Assembly (NCBI GenBank): GCA_052426225.1
Contig: JBNJNM010000021.1
Coordinates: 434,001 to 498,000, forward strand
Reading direction: 5' to 3'
Length of the DNA: 64,000 nt
From: Zancudomyces culisetae HAW-14-8
Taxonomy: Eukaryota > Fungi > Kickxellomycota
Shown here: positions 26,920 through 37,820 of the stretch, piece after piece
Layout: every line of letters begins with the position of its first letter
Numbering within the stretch: position 1 is the first letter of the stretch
The notes under the pieces: generated by a model
What the model was told of the DNA's origin: nothing
The model's input: the letters and a program-made list of their open reading frames with translations, nothing else
The model's database searches: none
Position numbers and translations under genes: made by a program

Positions 26920-27362
26920 ATGACAGCAAGAACTAGAATATACGATATCGGACACAAGGCCTTTGCGCTGACATTAATAGGCTCTTCAGGTACCATACGC
27001 CACTACTATTATTGATTCTAGATGCATATATTCGAATGATTACTCTTGATTCTATAAACCTACCCAAAAATAAATAAAAAGTATCTACAAACATAAGGCT
27101 CGACTTTTTTCAGGATTAAAATTTTACATAACAATACTATGAATAGCGTATGCACTTACGTTTGTTTGCGCAAGCGTAGTCCGAAATTACCACAAAAAAA
27201 AGCTTGCGAAGGTGCGAAATTTTACCTATTTACCTCCTTATCCGTATATACATCTGTTTTAACTAAAGGAAAAAGATAGAACACACAAGCAACAATCACC
27301 ATACTAACCCACATTTACCAACAATTCTACATTTTTAGGCCCAGGAAAACAATGATAAATGA
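26920..27362 (+). CDS. COX14: 52-aa cytochrome c oxidase assembly factor Cox14-like protein; exons 26920-26989, 27147-27211, 27339-27362
   Basis: MTARTRIYDIGHKAFALTLIGSSAYALTFVCASVVRNYHKKKLAKAQENNDK*. A D-x-x-H/Y-K/R motif precedes a single TM helix and basic tail, as in Cox14. GT-AG introns, with a TACTAAC branch point at 27302-27308. Confidence 0.8.
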
Positions 27363-27806
27363 TTCAATACATCGGATTTTTGCTTTTTTTTAGTAATTTT
27401 AGATTACAAGAGAAATATAGATTTTTGAAAGTGCAGCGAAAAGATTCTACTTGCACTAGATCGATCATTCGTATCTTACATGTTTAAATTAATAACACCG
27501 TAGTGGTACCTCCACATAAAATAAACACAAGAACAACCCTCTATAAATACATTCACTTTTGCCTCAATGTTGTAAGCACATTGTCTTGTTGAGTAATACC
27601 AATCATGATACAGTAAATATCCCTACTACTAGGGCAATTTCCTAGGCAGCAGTCGAACCAGTATGTATTTCCTAAAAATATATAAAAGTTCATGATACTT
27701 ATTATGGTTAGCCTTGCATTTGGCGCTTTGCCAGAGCCAGAGCTGTTGTGTATTCAAAGATGTGGCACTCGAAAAGAGTGTACATATAAGCAGTGGTTAA
27801 TAGTGC

Positions 27807-27812
27807 TTTATT
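27807..27812 (-). terminator. Candidate AATAAA polyadenylation signal of the SPS mRNA
   Basis: AATAAA on the minus strand, about 27 nt downstream of the SECIS candidate. Confidence 0.4.
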
Positions 27813-27838
27813 AAAAATGTGTGTTATCTGAGAAAAAA

Positions 27839-27947
27839 GACAATAACTAATCAGATCAGGCGGAGTGGCGGAAGCACCAACGAATGAAGCTAACTATCCT
27901 TAATTTTTCTCCTTTAACTACCTGGTCTTCACTCCTAGCTTTTTATC
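27839..27947 (-). promoter_or_regulatory. SECIS element candidate in the 3' UTR of the selenophosphate synthetase gene
   Basis: Helix I GAUAA..AGCUA / UAGUU..UUGUC. Core GUGAA (27932-27928) / UGAU (27853-27850). Helix II GACCAGGU / GCCUGAUC with 7 of 8 positions paired. Unpaired AAA (27915-27913) lies 12 nt after the core. Confidence 0.72.
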
Positions 27948-28073
27948 CCAGATTTTGGATATAAAATTAAAAAGTATTAAAAATAAGACGTATATGTAAT
28001 GAGGTTTCACAGCTAAAATTATAAAAAGTTGTTGAATTAAATTCTCAGCATTCGATGAAAGCTAACGAGATGC

Positions 28074-29623
28074 CTAAGCATGTGGATCCATGACTTCAAC
28101 GAATAAAGGTTCGTTAGATAAATATGCATATGGTTCTGAATCGCTGACACGTTCGAAGACCTCTCCTACCACAAACGCCGGCCAGCCTTCAAGCTCGTGC
28201 AGCTCTTTTATGAGCATTGGTGCATTTTCACGACTTATTGAGATCAACAAACCGCCTGAGGTTTCGGCAGAGTATCCCGTTTTTAAACCGTAATCAAAAA
28301 CATCGTTAACTCTGAGAGCATTCGCAAAGCATGGCAAGGTGTGAATTTCAAACTTTACACACGCTTTCTGGTTGGAGGCAAGTTGGTTCGCATGGCCCAG
28401 TATTCCAAATCCAGTGACATCCGTGGCAGCATGTGCCTTGTATTTGTGCATTAGCTGAGCTGCCTTGCGATTCAACCGGACCATACTGTCAATTGAGGAG
28501 TTGTAGAGTGAGATTATTTCTTCTTTGCTAAAAATTTCCAATAATTTCTTTTCCTTTTCTTTATTATAAAGCATCACATGCGCATTAACAGCAACGCGAG
28601 TTCCCAATGGTTTTGTAAGAACAAGTACATCCCCAGGTACCGCCGATACAGGTCTACACATCAAATATCAAAAAAATAGCAGTAAAGGGAAATAGTCATA
28701 TAAAACTAGCAAAGTTTTGCTTTACCCACCTTATCATCTCGCTTTCTTTGACTATACCAGTCGCAACACCACCGAGCAAGAACCATGGGTTTCTAATGGT
28801 TTGTCCTCCTGTCACAATGGTACCAGCCTCATTTGCATGATCTAGGGGTTATTTCAGAATGTCAAACACAACTTGAACGTTGTAAATATCGAATATTATT
28901 ATATATACTACAAAGTTAAGTACCATGAAATCCTTGGATTATTTTTTTTAAAACAATGTCCCTTATCTCATCCTCCAACTTCTCACTAACACCCAGAATC
29001 ATCAACATATTATCACATTCAGTAACTCCCATAGCATATAAATCTGAAAGGACGTTTGAGCACGTTATTTTCCCCTGTTTTTTTTTTAGCAATATTGTAT
29101 TTACATTTCAAATTTTAGCATAGAAACAAAAATTTACATACAATTTCCCGCCATTAATGTCAAAAAGAATAAGTAGAGATCTTAAACTATTTTCAACTTT
29201 ACCATCAAATATGGATCTTCTACTAATGGATAAAAGCAATCGGTAGTTTGCACTATTTTCAAGCCTTCATGCCTTGTATCTTTTATGCTAGAGTCAAATC
29301 CAATGTATTCGTTCTTAAAGTCGCTTAGTATTTTTTCTAATTTTTCCTGTGAAACTATTTTTTGTATCATATTATTCTCTAGATCTCTGATTCAACATGT
29401 TGAATGTACATTAACAGCTCTGAAAAAAATATTTACGTACCCTTACAACCTCATCCCTTGAGCCCTGAGTAGCTGGTTAGCCTCCACCCTTTTGGCAAAC
29501 CCAGACGCTCAGGGTCAAACTCTCCCCTTTCCTATTTTTTATGTTTCACTTTTAATTTGAATTTTATTTTTTTTAGAAGCGAATATTGAGCTATTGGATT
29601 TGGAACTGTATCTTTCATACCAT
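28074..29623 (-). CDS. SPS2: Selenophosphate synthetase (SelD/SPS2), selenoprotein with in-frame UGA; exons 29623-29621, 29531-29441, 29354-29203, 29074-28924, 28841-28730, 28653-28074
   Basis: Spliced product [37 protein letters not shown]...[32 protein letters not shown]...GGQTIRNPW...[13 protein letters not shown]...[13 protein letters not shown]...[10 protein letters not shown]. All five introns are GT-AG and phase-consistent. Confidence 0.95.
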
Positions 29624-30382
29624 ATAATTCTTAGTTTTTCTTGTGTATTCTCTTTCCAAGTATATTTGGTATGTCTAATAAGGATATCTTTATGTTTGTT
29701 GTATTGTCAGTTATATTATTTTAAATTGAAAAACATGAGTTTGGGGTTTGTAGATACTTTTATTCCGAAAAATGACACATTTAGCTTAGAACCAATTTAC
29801 TCAGCGAGTTAGTGGCCGAATCAAATCGCCAGATTCTTGAAACAAGCTTAAATTAACATCTCCGAAACCCAACAAATGTTGGTATTTAGATCAAATCACG
29901 CCACCAGATACAGGATTTACTGATGCTAAGATAACATCACAGTTAAATATATTTCCCTAACACACAGAATGAGCAATCGATTAAGATGGATATATCCAAA
30001 CTCACACTCACACTCACACTCACGCACCCACCACTTGATGTAGTAGCTACAATGCTTCGTTGACTATCTTTTAAGACGGGATTGGTACTTTTAGCCACGC
30101 AAATCAAAATCGGCACACAAAAACGATTGGACGACGTTGAATATGCTCAATTTTGCTATTTTCTCAACCTTTTGAAACGGCTTTTTCTTTTATTAATAAG
30201 GGGAGTTTTTTTTTTTGAAATAGCTACATGAGCGTTGATTGTGATTAAATTTTTTCAGGGTTTTCCTTACACAGACCATTATCAAAAATTGTATATATAC
30301 CACACATATTTTTTCTGTTCACTCGCTCCCTTTTATTGAGTAAAGAGGATATTCACACAAACACAGACCCAAATAACTCAAA

Positions 30383-31603
30383 ATGAGCGCAGATTCAAGA
30401 GCTACAAAAAAAGTTGTGGTGCTGGGCGCAGGTATAATTGGAATGACCACGGCTTTGCTCATACAGCAGCAAAGACCAAGAGAGTATTCAGTTTTAGTGG
30501 TCGCTGAGCATAGCATCAACCCGTATATGAAGTCCGCAAAGACCCCAAGCGGAAAAACTGTAGAGTATCCCGAGACTAAAATGGATTTTTCTGCACTTGA
30601 AATGACATCACCGATTGCCGGAGCACACTGGCGCTCATTGGCAAGTAATAGCGATACCTTTTTGCAGCAAACCGAGGCGCTGACCTATAAACATTTTATG
30701 AATCTAGCAATAAAACACCCGAACTCCGGTGTTAGGATTGTGGAAGGTGTAGATCTCTACCTCAATAAGAAATTGGTGGATGACAACAACTGGCATTTCA
30801 GCCTGGTCAAGGATTTTAAGGTCGTTTCTGACCTTCCTGAAGGTGTCGAATACGCGACTAACTACAAAACCTTGGTAGTAAATCCCATAATTTACATTGA
30901 CTTTTGCAAACGGTGGTTCCTTATGGAAGGGGGAAAATTTGTTACTGGTGTCAGAGTAAAAGATTTGAGAGAGCTGGAAGCCATAGCAGTTAATGAGTTT
31001 ATGTCAAAGGGTGACAAAAGCCCAACACCAGTAGCTCAACACTTTTCAAGCAACGAGCTTACAATCATAAACTGTGCAGGGCTAGGTGGAGAAAGTATAA
31101 ATAAATCGCTGGTTAATACAAACAGCAAGTTGATGTATCCCGTGAAGGGACAGGTAGTGTTGGTATATGCACCATCCATGCAACACAAGACAATTACCAA
31201 ACTTGGAGGAAAGTACATGTCGTATGTTATCCCTAGAGGCAGTGGTACTGTGATATTGGGAGGAACGCATCAACCTCACGAGTATACACCAGACTCGGAC
31301 CCAATGACCACAGATAGAATTTTAGAAGAGTGTTTGAAGCTTGCACCAGAATTAGTAGAAGGCTCACCAGAGGATGATTTCAAGAGTAGACTGGAAATCC
31401 TTAAATCCAATGTTTTGGATGTCAAAGTGGGATTTAGACCTGGAAGGGTCGGTGGCGTCAATCTGAGTGTTGATAGCATGTACGGCAGATCCGGTAATAC
31501 TATAAGAATTATTCACAATTATGGACATAATGGGTACGGGTTCCAAAGCAGCTATGGTTATGCTGTTCATGCCTTCAATCTTTTGCGACAAAACAAGCTT
31601 TAA
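30383..31603 (+). CDS. DAO: D-amino-acid oxidase family flavoprotein, probably peroxisomal
   Basis: VVVLGAGIIG FAD motif, INCAGLG, PVKGQ, YVIPR, GFRPGR, HNYGHNGYGFQSSYG, and PTS1-like C-terminal NKL. Confidence 0.92.
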   Translation: MSADSRATKKVVVLGAGIIGMTTALLIQQQRPREYSVLVVAEHSINPYMKSAKTPSGKTVEYPETKMDFSALEMTSPIAGAHWRSLASNSDTFLQQTEALTYKHFMNLAIKHPNSGVRIVEGVDLYLNKKLVDDNNWHFSLVKDFKVVSDLPEGVEYATNYKTLVVNPIIYIDFCKRWFLMEGGKFVTGVRVKDLRELEAIAVNEFMSKGDKSPTPVAQHFSSNELTIINCAGLGGESINKSLVNTNSKLMYPVKGQVVLVYAPSMQHKTITKLGGKYMSYVIPRGSGTVILGGTHQPHEYTPDSDPMTTDRILEECLKLAPELVEGSPEDDFKSRLEILKSNVLDVKVGFRPGRVGGVNLSVDSMYGRSGNTIRIIHNYGHNGYGFQSSYGYAVHAFNLLRQNKL

Positions 31604-32510
31604 GTGTACTAATACTTGAGGTTTACCAGTTTTTAGGATACATCCAGGTTTAGATTAGTTTTCTTTAGTTAATATTATTTCAACCTGTGGAACACAAATA
31701 TTCTAGTTTTTACAATCTCGTGTTGCATGCCTGAAAAAGTTATAAATGCTATTTGGTTTGAACCCTTGTGTGGTTGGGGAGGGTTATTGTATTTCCTTGT
31801 GTAATTGTTTTTCACAATTTGGCATCAAATTAATAATTATAAACTGTAACAACACTGTTAAAAGGACTTGGTACTCGCTCCCGCTCTATCTGCCAGCATC
31901 TTTGTGTTCTGTTTACCAACTATTTTTATCTTGTTGGTTCTGTAACCCACATCCCCTCACCCTCCCCTTTTTTTCTTGCTAGGTGAACTTGTTAGATAAA
32001 TACCACATAAACCCACCACCCCACCCTTTGCCCCAATTTTAGTTTAACAAAAAAAAAAGAATTTTTGCCGCTGCAGTTCATCAAATAGGCCGAACCAACA
32101 ATTACGTAAATCCAACCTAAACCTCATTTGTTTGGTATGTTAACCACGGGAATTATCCAAACAATGGTAAGAATTTTGGATGAGTAGGTATTTTTTAAAA
32201 TAAAACTATTGGATACGTATGATTTATCCCAACCATTTCCCTGTAGTTAAAATGTAAAAAGACTAGCCTGAATAAAGTAAACAAATCATCTTTAGCAGCG
32301 AATAAAAAGCGCAATTTTGGCAGTTTAAATATGATGCTATAATGCCCATTTAATCTTTACATCAAGTATAACCGGTAAAAAGAGAAAACCGAATTTACTC
32401 CAGTATTCAAAATTACAATTCTTTGCTGACTCTCAAACGAAATATATACCAAGGAATTCTGTTTCAAAATACGCAAGATATGAGAAAGCCCATAAACTAA
32501 GAAATCTGCT

Positions 32511-33896
32511 ATGCAAGGGATAAAGAAATTCTTTCTGGGGGAGAAGGCCTCACAGGCTGACGAATACAGCGCAAAAGGCGGCTTAGGAATCGGCAGCGGC
32601 TTTAAGCTCAAGTCATTCAAACAGATTACCGACCCAAATGCGCTTGGTGATTTAAGACAAGTTCTTAATGAAGGTACGAGTAGAAAACTTTTACTTTAGT
32701 GGATACTCTCTTACAAAGGCTATCTCTACATATATGCCAACATATGTGATAAGTATAATACGCTACCAATTATACAAATATCAGCCATTTATTAAAAACG
32801 AAAATTATGATAAAATAATATTGTAGGAAAAAATAGAGACAGCTCGCTTCCCAATGCAGCGGCTAACGGTGGTGCTGATAATTTCGATGATAATGCAAGC
32901 TACCACTCATTCGACTCGTGTAGTTCAGAGGAAGGGTTAGATGTTTCTGGTGGCGAAGAAAATTTGCATGGTAATGATGCTATGGCAATGCGAGGAGGGG
33001 GGAGAAAGGTGAATTTTCAAGATGATCTTGTGGGTATTAGAGCGAGAAATATGTCTACTAGTAGTGGTTTAAAGAATCAAAATATACCTGGTGAACTCCC
33101 TCCAAGTTTAAACAGACTCAAAGACAGTAAAGCGGAAAAAAGAGAGAAAGGAAAGGTGCTTTCACAAGAGGACCATGAAAAACTACGAGTAGAAAAGGCA
33201 GAAAAATATTTTCAAGCAGCCATAAAGAAACATGAAAGTGGAGACTATACGACAGCCGCCTCACTCTTTAAGAAATCGGCAGATTTGAATAATCCATTGG
33301 GGCTGTTGTTTTTTGGGTTGTGCTTAAGACATGGATGGGTATGTATTTTTACGGGTATTGTTATTTTTTATTGTTGTATTTATTTGTGGTGTTACTACCT
33401 ACAGTGCATTACATATGATTTATCACGATTCTCCCAGGAGTGAAATTAATTTTAACATAGCTCATTTCTGCGTACAGCCACAAGATAATAGTTGTTTTTC
33501 TCAAAATAGGGGTGCCAACGAAATGAAAAAATGGCCTTTTTGTATTTACAAAAGGCAGGAGAATCAATAGTTCCAGAAGTCAAAAATGTGAACCCAAGTA
33601 TTAGTGGTGCAGCGAAAGAAGAGCTAGCCATGGCAATATACGAATTGGGCCAAAGTTACTACCATGGATGGGGTGTACCTCAAAGTAAAAAAACCGCTGT
33701 GCACTACTTTGAGCTTGCAGCCGATTTAGGAGATGCCGACTCGCAGACAGACTTAGCTAGGTGTTATGAAAGAGGGGAAGGGGTAAAAAGAAACCTTAAG
33801 ACGGCTGCACACTATTATAGACTGGCTCATGCACAAGGAGTTGAAAGTTTTGGGAATTCTTGGATTTTTAAAAAGAAATACGACTCTGATGGTTAG
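32511..33896 (+). CDS. Sel1-repeat protein (Dsf2/Nif1-like); exons 32511-32673, 32827-33338, 33510-33896
   Basis: GLCLRHGWGCQRNEKMAFLYLQKA, AIYELGQSYYHGWGVPQSKKTA, CYERGEGVKRNLKTAAHYYRLA, GNSWIFKKKY. Confidence 0.85.
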
Positions 33897-35377
33897 AATG
33901 GATCAGATCTCCGAGCTTGGCGTTGTTTTTGTTTTATTACAGCCCTTTTGGTTGGTATATATTTTTTTAAATTGTAATTTAGAAATGGGTGTTATTAATA
34001 GGTTTTTATGTATCTCAAGATAATTGCCCACACATTGTTTGGCTTGAAGGAATTAACCTTGGAAGGTGTATGTTAAGTATTCAAAATTAAACAGTATAAC
34101 ATCTTTGGGGATAAAGCTGGTGGGATGATAGTAAAGCTAACATTGATATCCAATCCAGTCCAAGTTGCCTCAAGAATTTCTTTTAATTCTATACATTGTG
34201 TAAATACAAAAATGGAATTTAAATACCGGATCGTCTGACAGTCCAGCACAATATAGCCGTTCGTCGGTTTCTTTTGACAATTAAATAAGTTTTGTTGTAA
34301 CGGTGGTTATAGCTTTTGCAGCTTCAGGGCCCATTGATTAGAGCATGGGGTACCACATGTGCTTTAACGCATTTGCTTGCAATGGTATAGACAAATCGAC
34401 AAAAATAAAATAAAAACAATGTACATTCAAGATGTAGGAAGTATTCAGATGTCAACCTGCTCCTTCCAATTTTCTAATCTGGCTCTGTTTTTTTATTTTA
34501 TTTTTTTGGCAGATTACACAATTTCAATAACAGGTCCAAAGTAAGCTGGGTAGGCCAATTTCTAGCAGTAACAACAGCACATTCCAAGTTGCGACCAATT
34601 GCAGCTCTAAAAAAAAGACCCAATGCCATAGAAAAAATAAGGGTTGTTGCTCTAATTTGCTGGAATCAAAGCGTGACAAGCTGAGTTGCTGATTGGCAAA
34701 GTATCACGTGCAAATGCATATGGGGGAGGGAGGAAAAACAGGCCAGTGCGGAGAATGTGCTAGAGGTACAAATGAACATCATCTTGAATAGGTTATTTTG
34801 GTTGGGAGAGGAAATAACTTGAGACATACGCAAAAATGGGCACATAAATGAATGAATACGCTCGTAAATACAAGTATAGGTAGAGAATGTTGCCTCTCCT
34901 CCTCATCCAAAGCGAGACAAGAGAAGAGATTAGGGTAAGGTTTTATTTGGGTAAACAAGACAAATGGTTGCAGAAACAACACATGCGCTGAATATAAAAT
35001 AGCACCTTACTTTATCTATCAAGCTAGGGTCTTTTTTTTTTTACTAAGCCGTATCACCTTCTTAACTGCATAAAATATATTTGTAAGACCAAGAATTGCT
35101 CAGATTTTGTTCTCTTGAAGGGCGAGAACAGTATAGTTTCAAATTACTGGAATATTTTGCCAACAGCATAAAGTCAAATGTTTTAACCAAAAAAAAAAGA
35201 GCTAAATTCAAATATAAAAGAACTGAGTCTGGAATTAACTCCAAAAACATAGCCTGTATAATAATAAACTGAACTGAACATTTTTTGAAAGGATTAAATT
35301 TTATATAATACACATTACGTATATATATCTTCTTTAGAACAGTATTAGTGATAGATACTATAGAATATAGTTAAATC

Positions 35378-37191
35378 ATGGATAGACCAAAGGCAATAGA
35401 AGTTAGAGACTCTATTAACGAGGTGCTTGCCATGTTGGGCAAGGTAACCGAAACTAGAAAGGTAAGCCTAGTAGAATTGTTATACCATTGAATAAAGGGA
35501 AAATATACAGATAGACCGACGCTTACATGATATATTTGATATATGGTTTTAGGAAATTATCGTAAAACACAAGAATGATGATGCAGGAGATATATCAAGA
35601 TTGGCAGAGGATTTACTAAAAAGAGTGAAAGAGCTGGAAGGTGAGTATATTACCAATAGGGTTCTTGTTATGGTTCTCTTTTCCTTAGTAGTTTATGGAG
35701 ATATAGCAGACGCATCTGTTTTAATATGTAACTCGCTGATGATAATAGTAGAAAAAGAAAAAAGCAAAAAAAACGCAGAAATAAATACAGGTGATCAAAT
35801 TATAAAGAGCGTAGAGGATGGCAAACCCATCGAGCCTTTCCCTTCAAGGGTTGTATTAACCAGTAAGTTGTGGTGTTGTTAACTTTAAATGCCTGTATAT
35901 TTGTGTATTTAATTTGTACTTTGGCTTATTACAGATACCATATAAAAAAACAATAATAACACACAAAATAGCATACCCGGGGCAAAGTGGAGTGAGACCC
36001 ATACCGCTCAAATGGGGTGCACCTACCCCCCTAGAAAGAGGCCCGATAGTTGTATCGCGTGCTCCAGAACTCATTGGGTTAAGGAATGCAATCGGTGCGC
36101 ATGGTGGGTCTTATTGCATTTACAAGGCACTGGCTGTTGCTGTGGGAGCAATCTCGCCTAATCACAAACCAGATTTTACCAACACACAGCCACTTTATAC
36201 TTTTGGGCCAAACAAAACATGGTCTGATCCGGAAAAAATTGTGTCTCTAGATCCTTGGGGACACATGATTGTTTCAAGCTATGGCGACTTTTTAGAAAAG
36301 GGAGTTGACATTAAGCCGTCAATTGCAGTGACAAAGGCAAATCTCAGATTAGCTGAAATCGACGATGCAGTAAAGGCGGGAAGGTTGGTTAAGGATGGGA
36401 CTATAATAACTGAAAATGGTGATATAAGAGTTTCGAAAGCAGCAATAGAACCTGTTTGGCACTTGAAGGGTGTCTCCAAAAGATTTGGAATATCTGAGAA
36501 GCTTTTGCGAAGAGCGCTTTTTGAGGATACAGGTGGAATGTATCCGGAATTGATTACTCGACCTGATATGGAGGTGTTTTTGCCACCCATAGGAGGAATC
36601 ACTGTTTATATTTTTGGTGATCCAGAAAAGATAAATGATGAAAGTACAAAGCTTACAATCAGGGTCCACGACGAATGTAATGGTTCCGATGTTTTTGGAT
36701 CTGATATCTGTACATGCAGACCATACTTGATTTATGGTATTGAAGAAGCAATAAAACAGGCTCAAGAAGGAGGAGTGGGGATGTCCATATATTTCAGAAA
36801 AGAGGGTAGGGCTCTCGGCGAGGTAACAAAATACCTTGTTTATAACGCAAGAAAGCGTCAGGATGGAGGCGACACTGCTGCCACCTATTTCCAAAGAACA
36901 GAGTGTATAGCGGGTGTGAAAGATATGCGATTCCAGGCATTGATGCCAGACGTTTTACACTGGATGGGTATCAAAAAGATTGATAGGTTTGTTAGCATGT
37001 CCAACATGAAATATGACGCGATTGTTGATTCTGGAATTTCGATCCTGGAAAGAGTGGATATTCCACCCGAAATGATTCCAAATGATTCGAATGTTGAGAT
37101 TCAAGCCAAGATAGCAAGTGGATACTTTAGTTCAGCCAAACCTCCTACAACGGACGATTTGGTGAAAACAAAAGGGAGAGAGTGGGAATAG
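35378..37191 (+). CDS. GTP cyclohydrolase II-like protein of the Urg1/Urc1 (uracil catabolism) family; exons about 35378-35461, 35553-35640, 35749-35862, 35972-37191
   Basis: RVVLTTYPGQSG, RNAIGAHGGSYCIY, HDECNGSDVFGSDICTCRPYL, RKEGRALGEVTKYLVYNARK, KDMRFQALMPDVLHW. Confidence 0.9.
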
Positions 37192-37820
37192 GTGGATTTT
37201 TTTATGCTTCTGATCCCACGATATTCTCGGATTTAGTGCACTTTGAGGGGTAAAATTTAGACGATGTTGAGTGTTTTTGTGAAGTATGTTCTGAAATAAA
37301 ACTAAAGAATACATCCTACAACGAGCTAGAAGGACTGAGTTCAGAGATAATTGAATGTGTGCTTCAGAGTTGTTATTAGCTTTGAAATTGTTTTTCTTAA
37401 ATACTAGTATTACTATAGCAGTTATAAAATTTTGGTACAATATGGATGGCGGTATACCATAGTTTTAACGATCGTTGCAGCTACTACTGCTTCCACTTGT
37501 CGAATGGCTTAAATTTAGTAACTTTCCATATTAAATATGAAATTTAAAGTGAATAAAACAGTATATGCAGATTCTAGCCCAGATTATCATGACATGAATA
37601 CAAGTTGGCTCCAAACTCAACAAAGTAAATAAAAATTTTACCACGACCAGTAAAAAAAATATAAAAAAATAAATCACAAACATAAAAGATGTGCTCTAAC
37701 AAATAGCGTTTTTCAGTGCTTTTCGTTACCTCTGTCTTTATTTTTTCCAATCCTCTCACTTTTATAAAGCTGAAACCCGATTTTCAACGAGAGGATAGCA
37801 AATATAAGCGAGAATAAAAG

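Noticed and set aside
27640-27790. Small hairpin (GCACTC-GAAAA-GAGTGT) between COX14 and the SECIS candidate as a possible ncRNA or tRNA-Sec
   Set aside because: No cloverleaf, A/B boxes or snoRNA boxes are evident.
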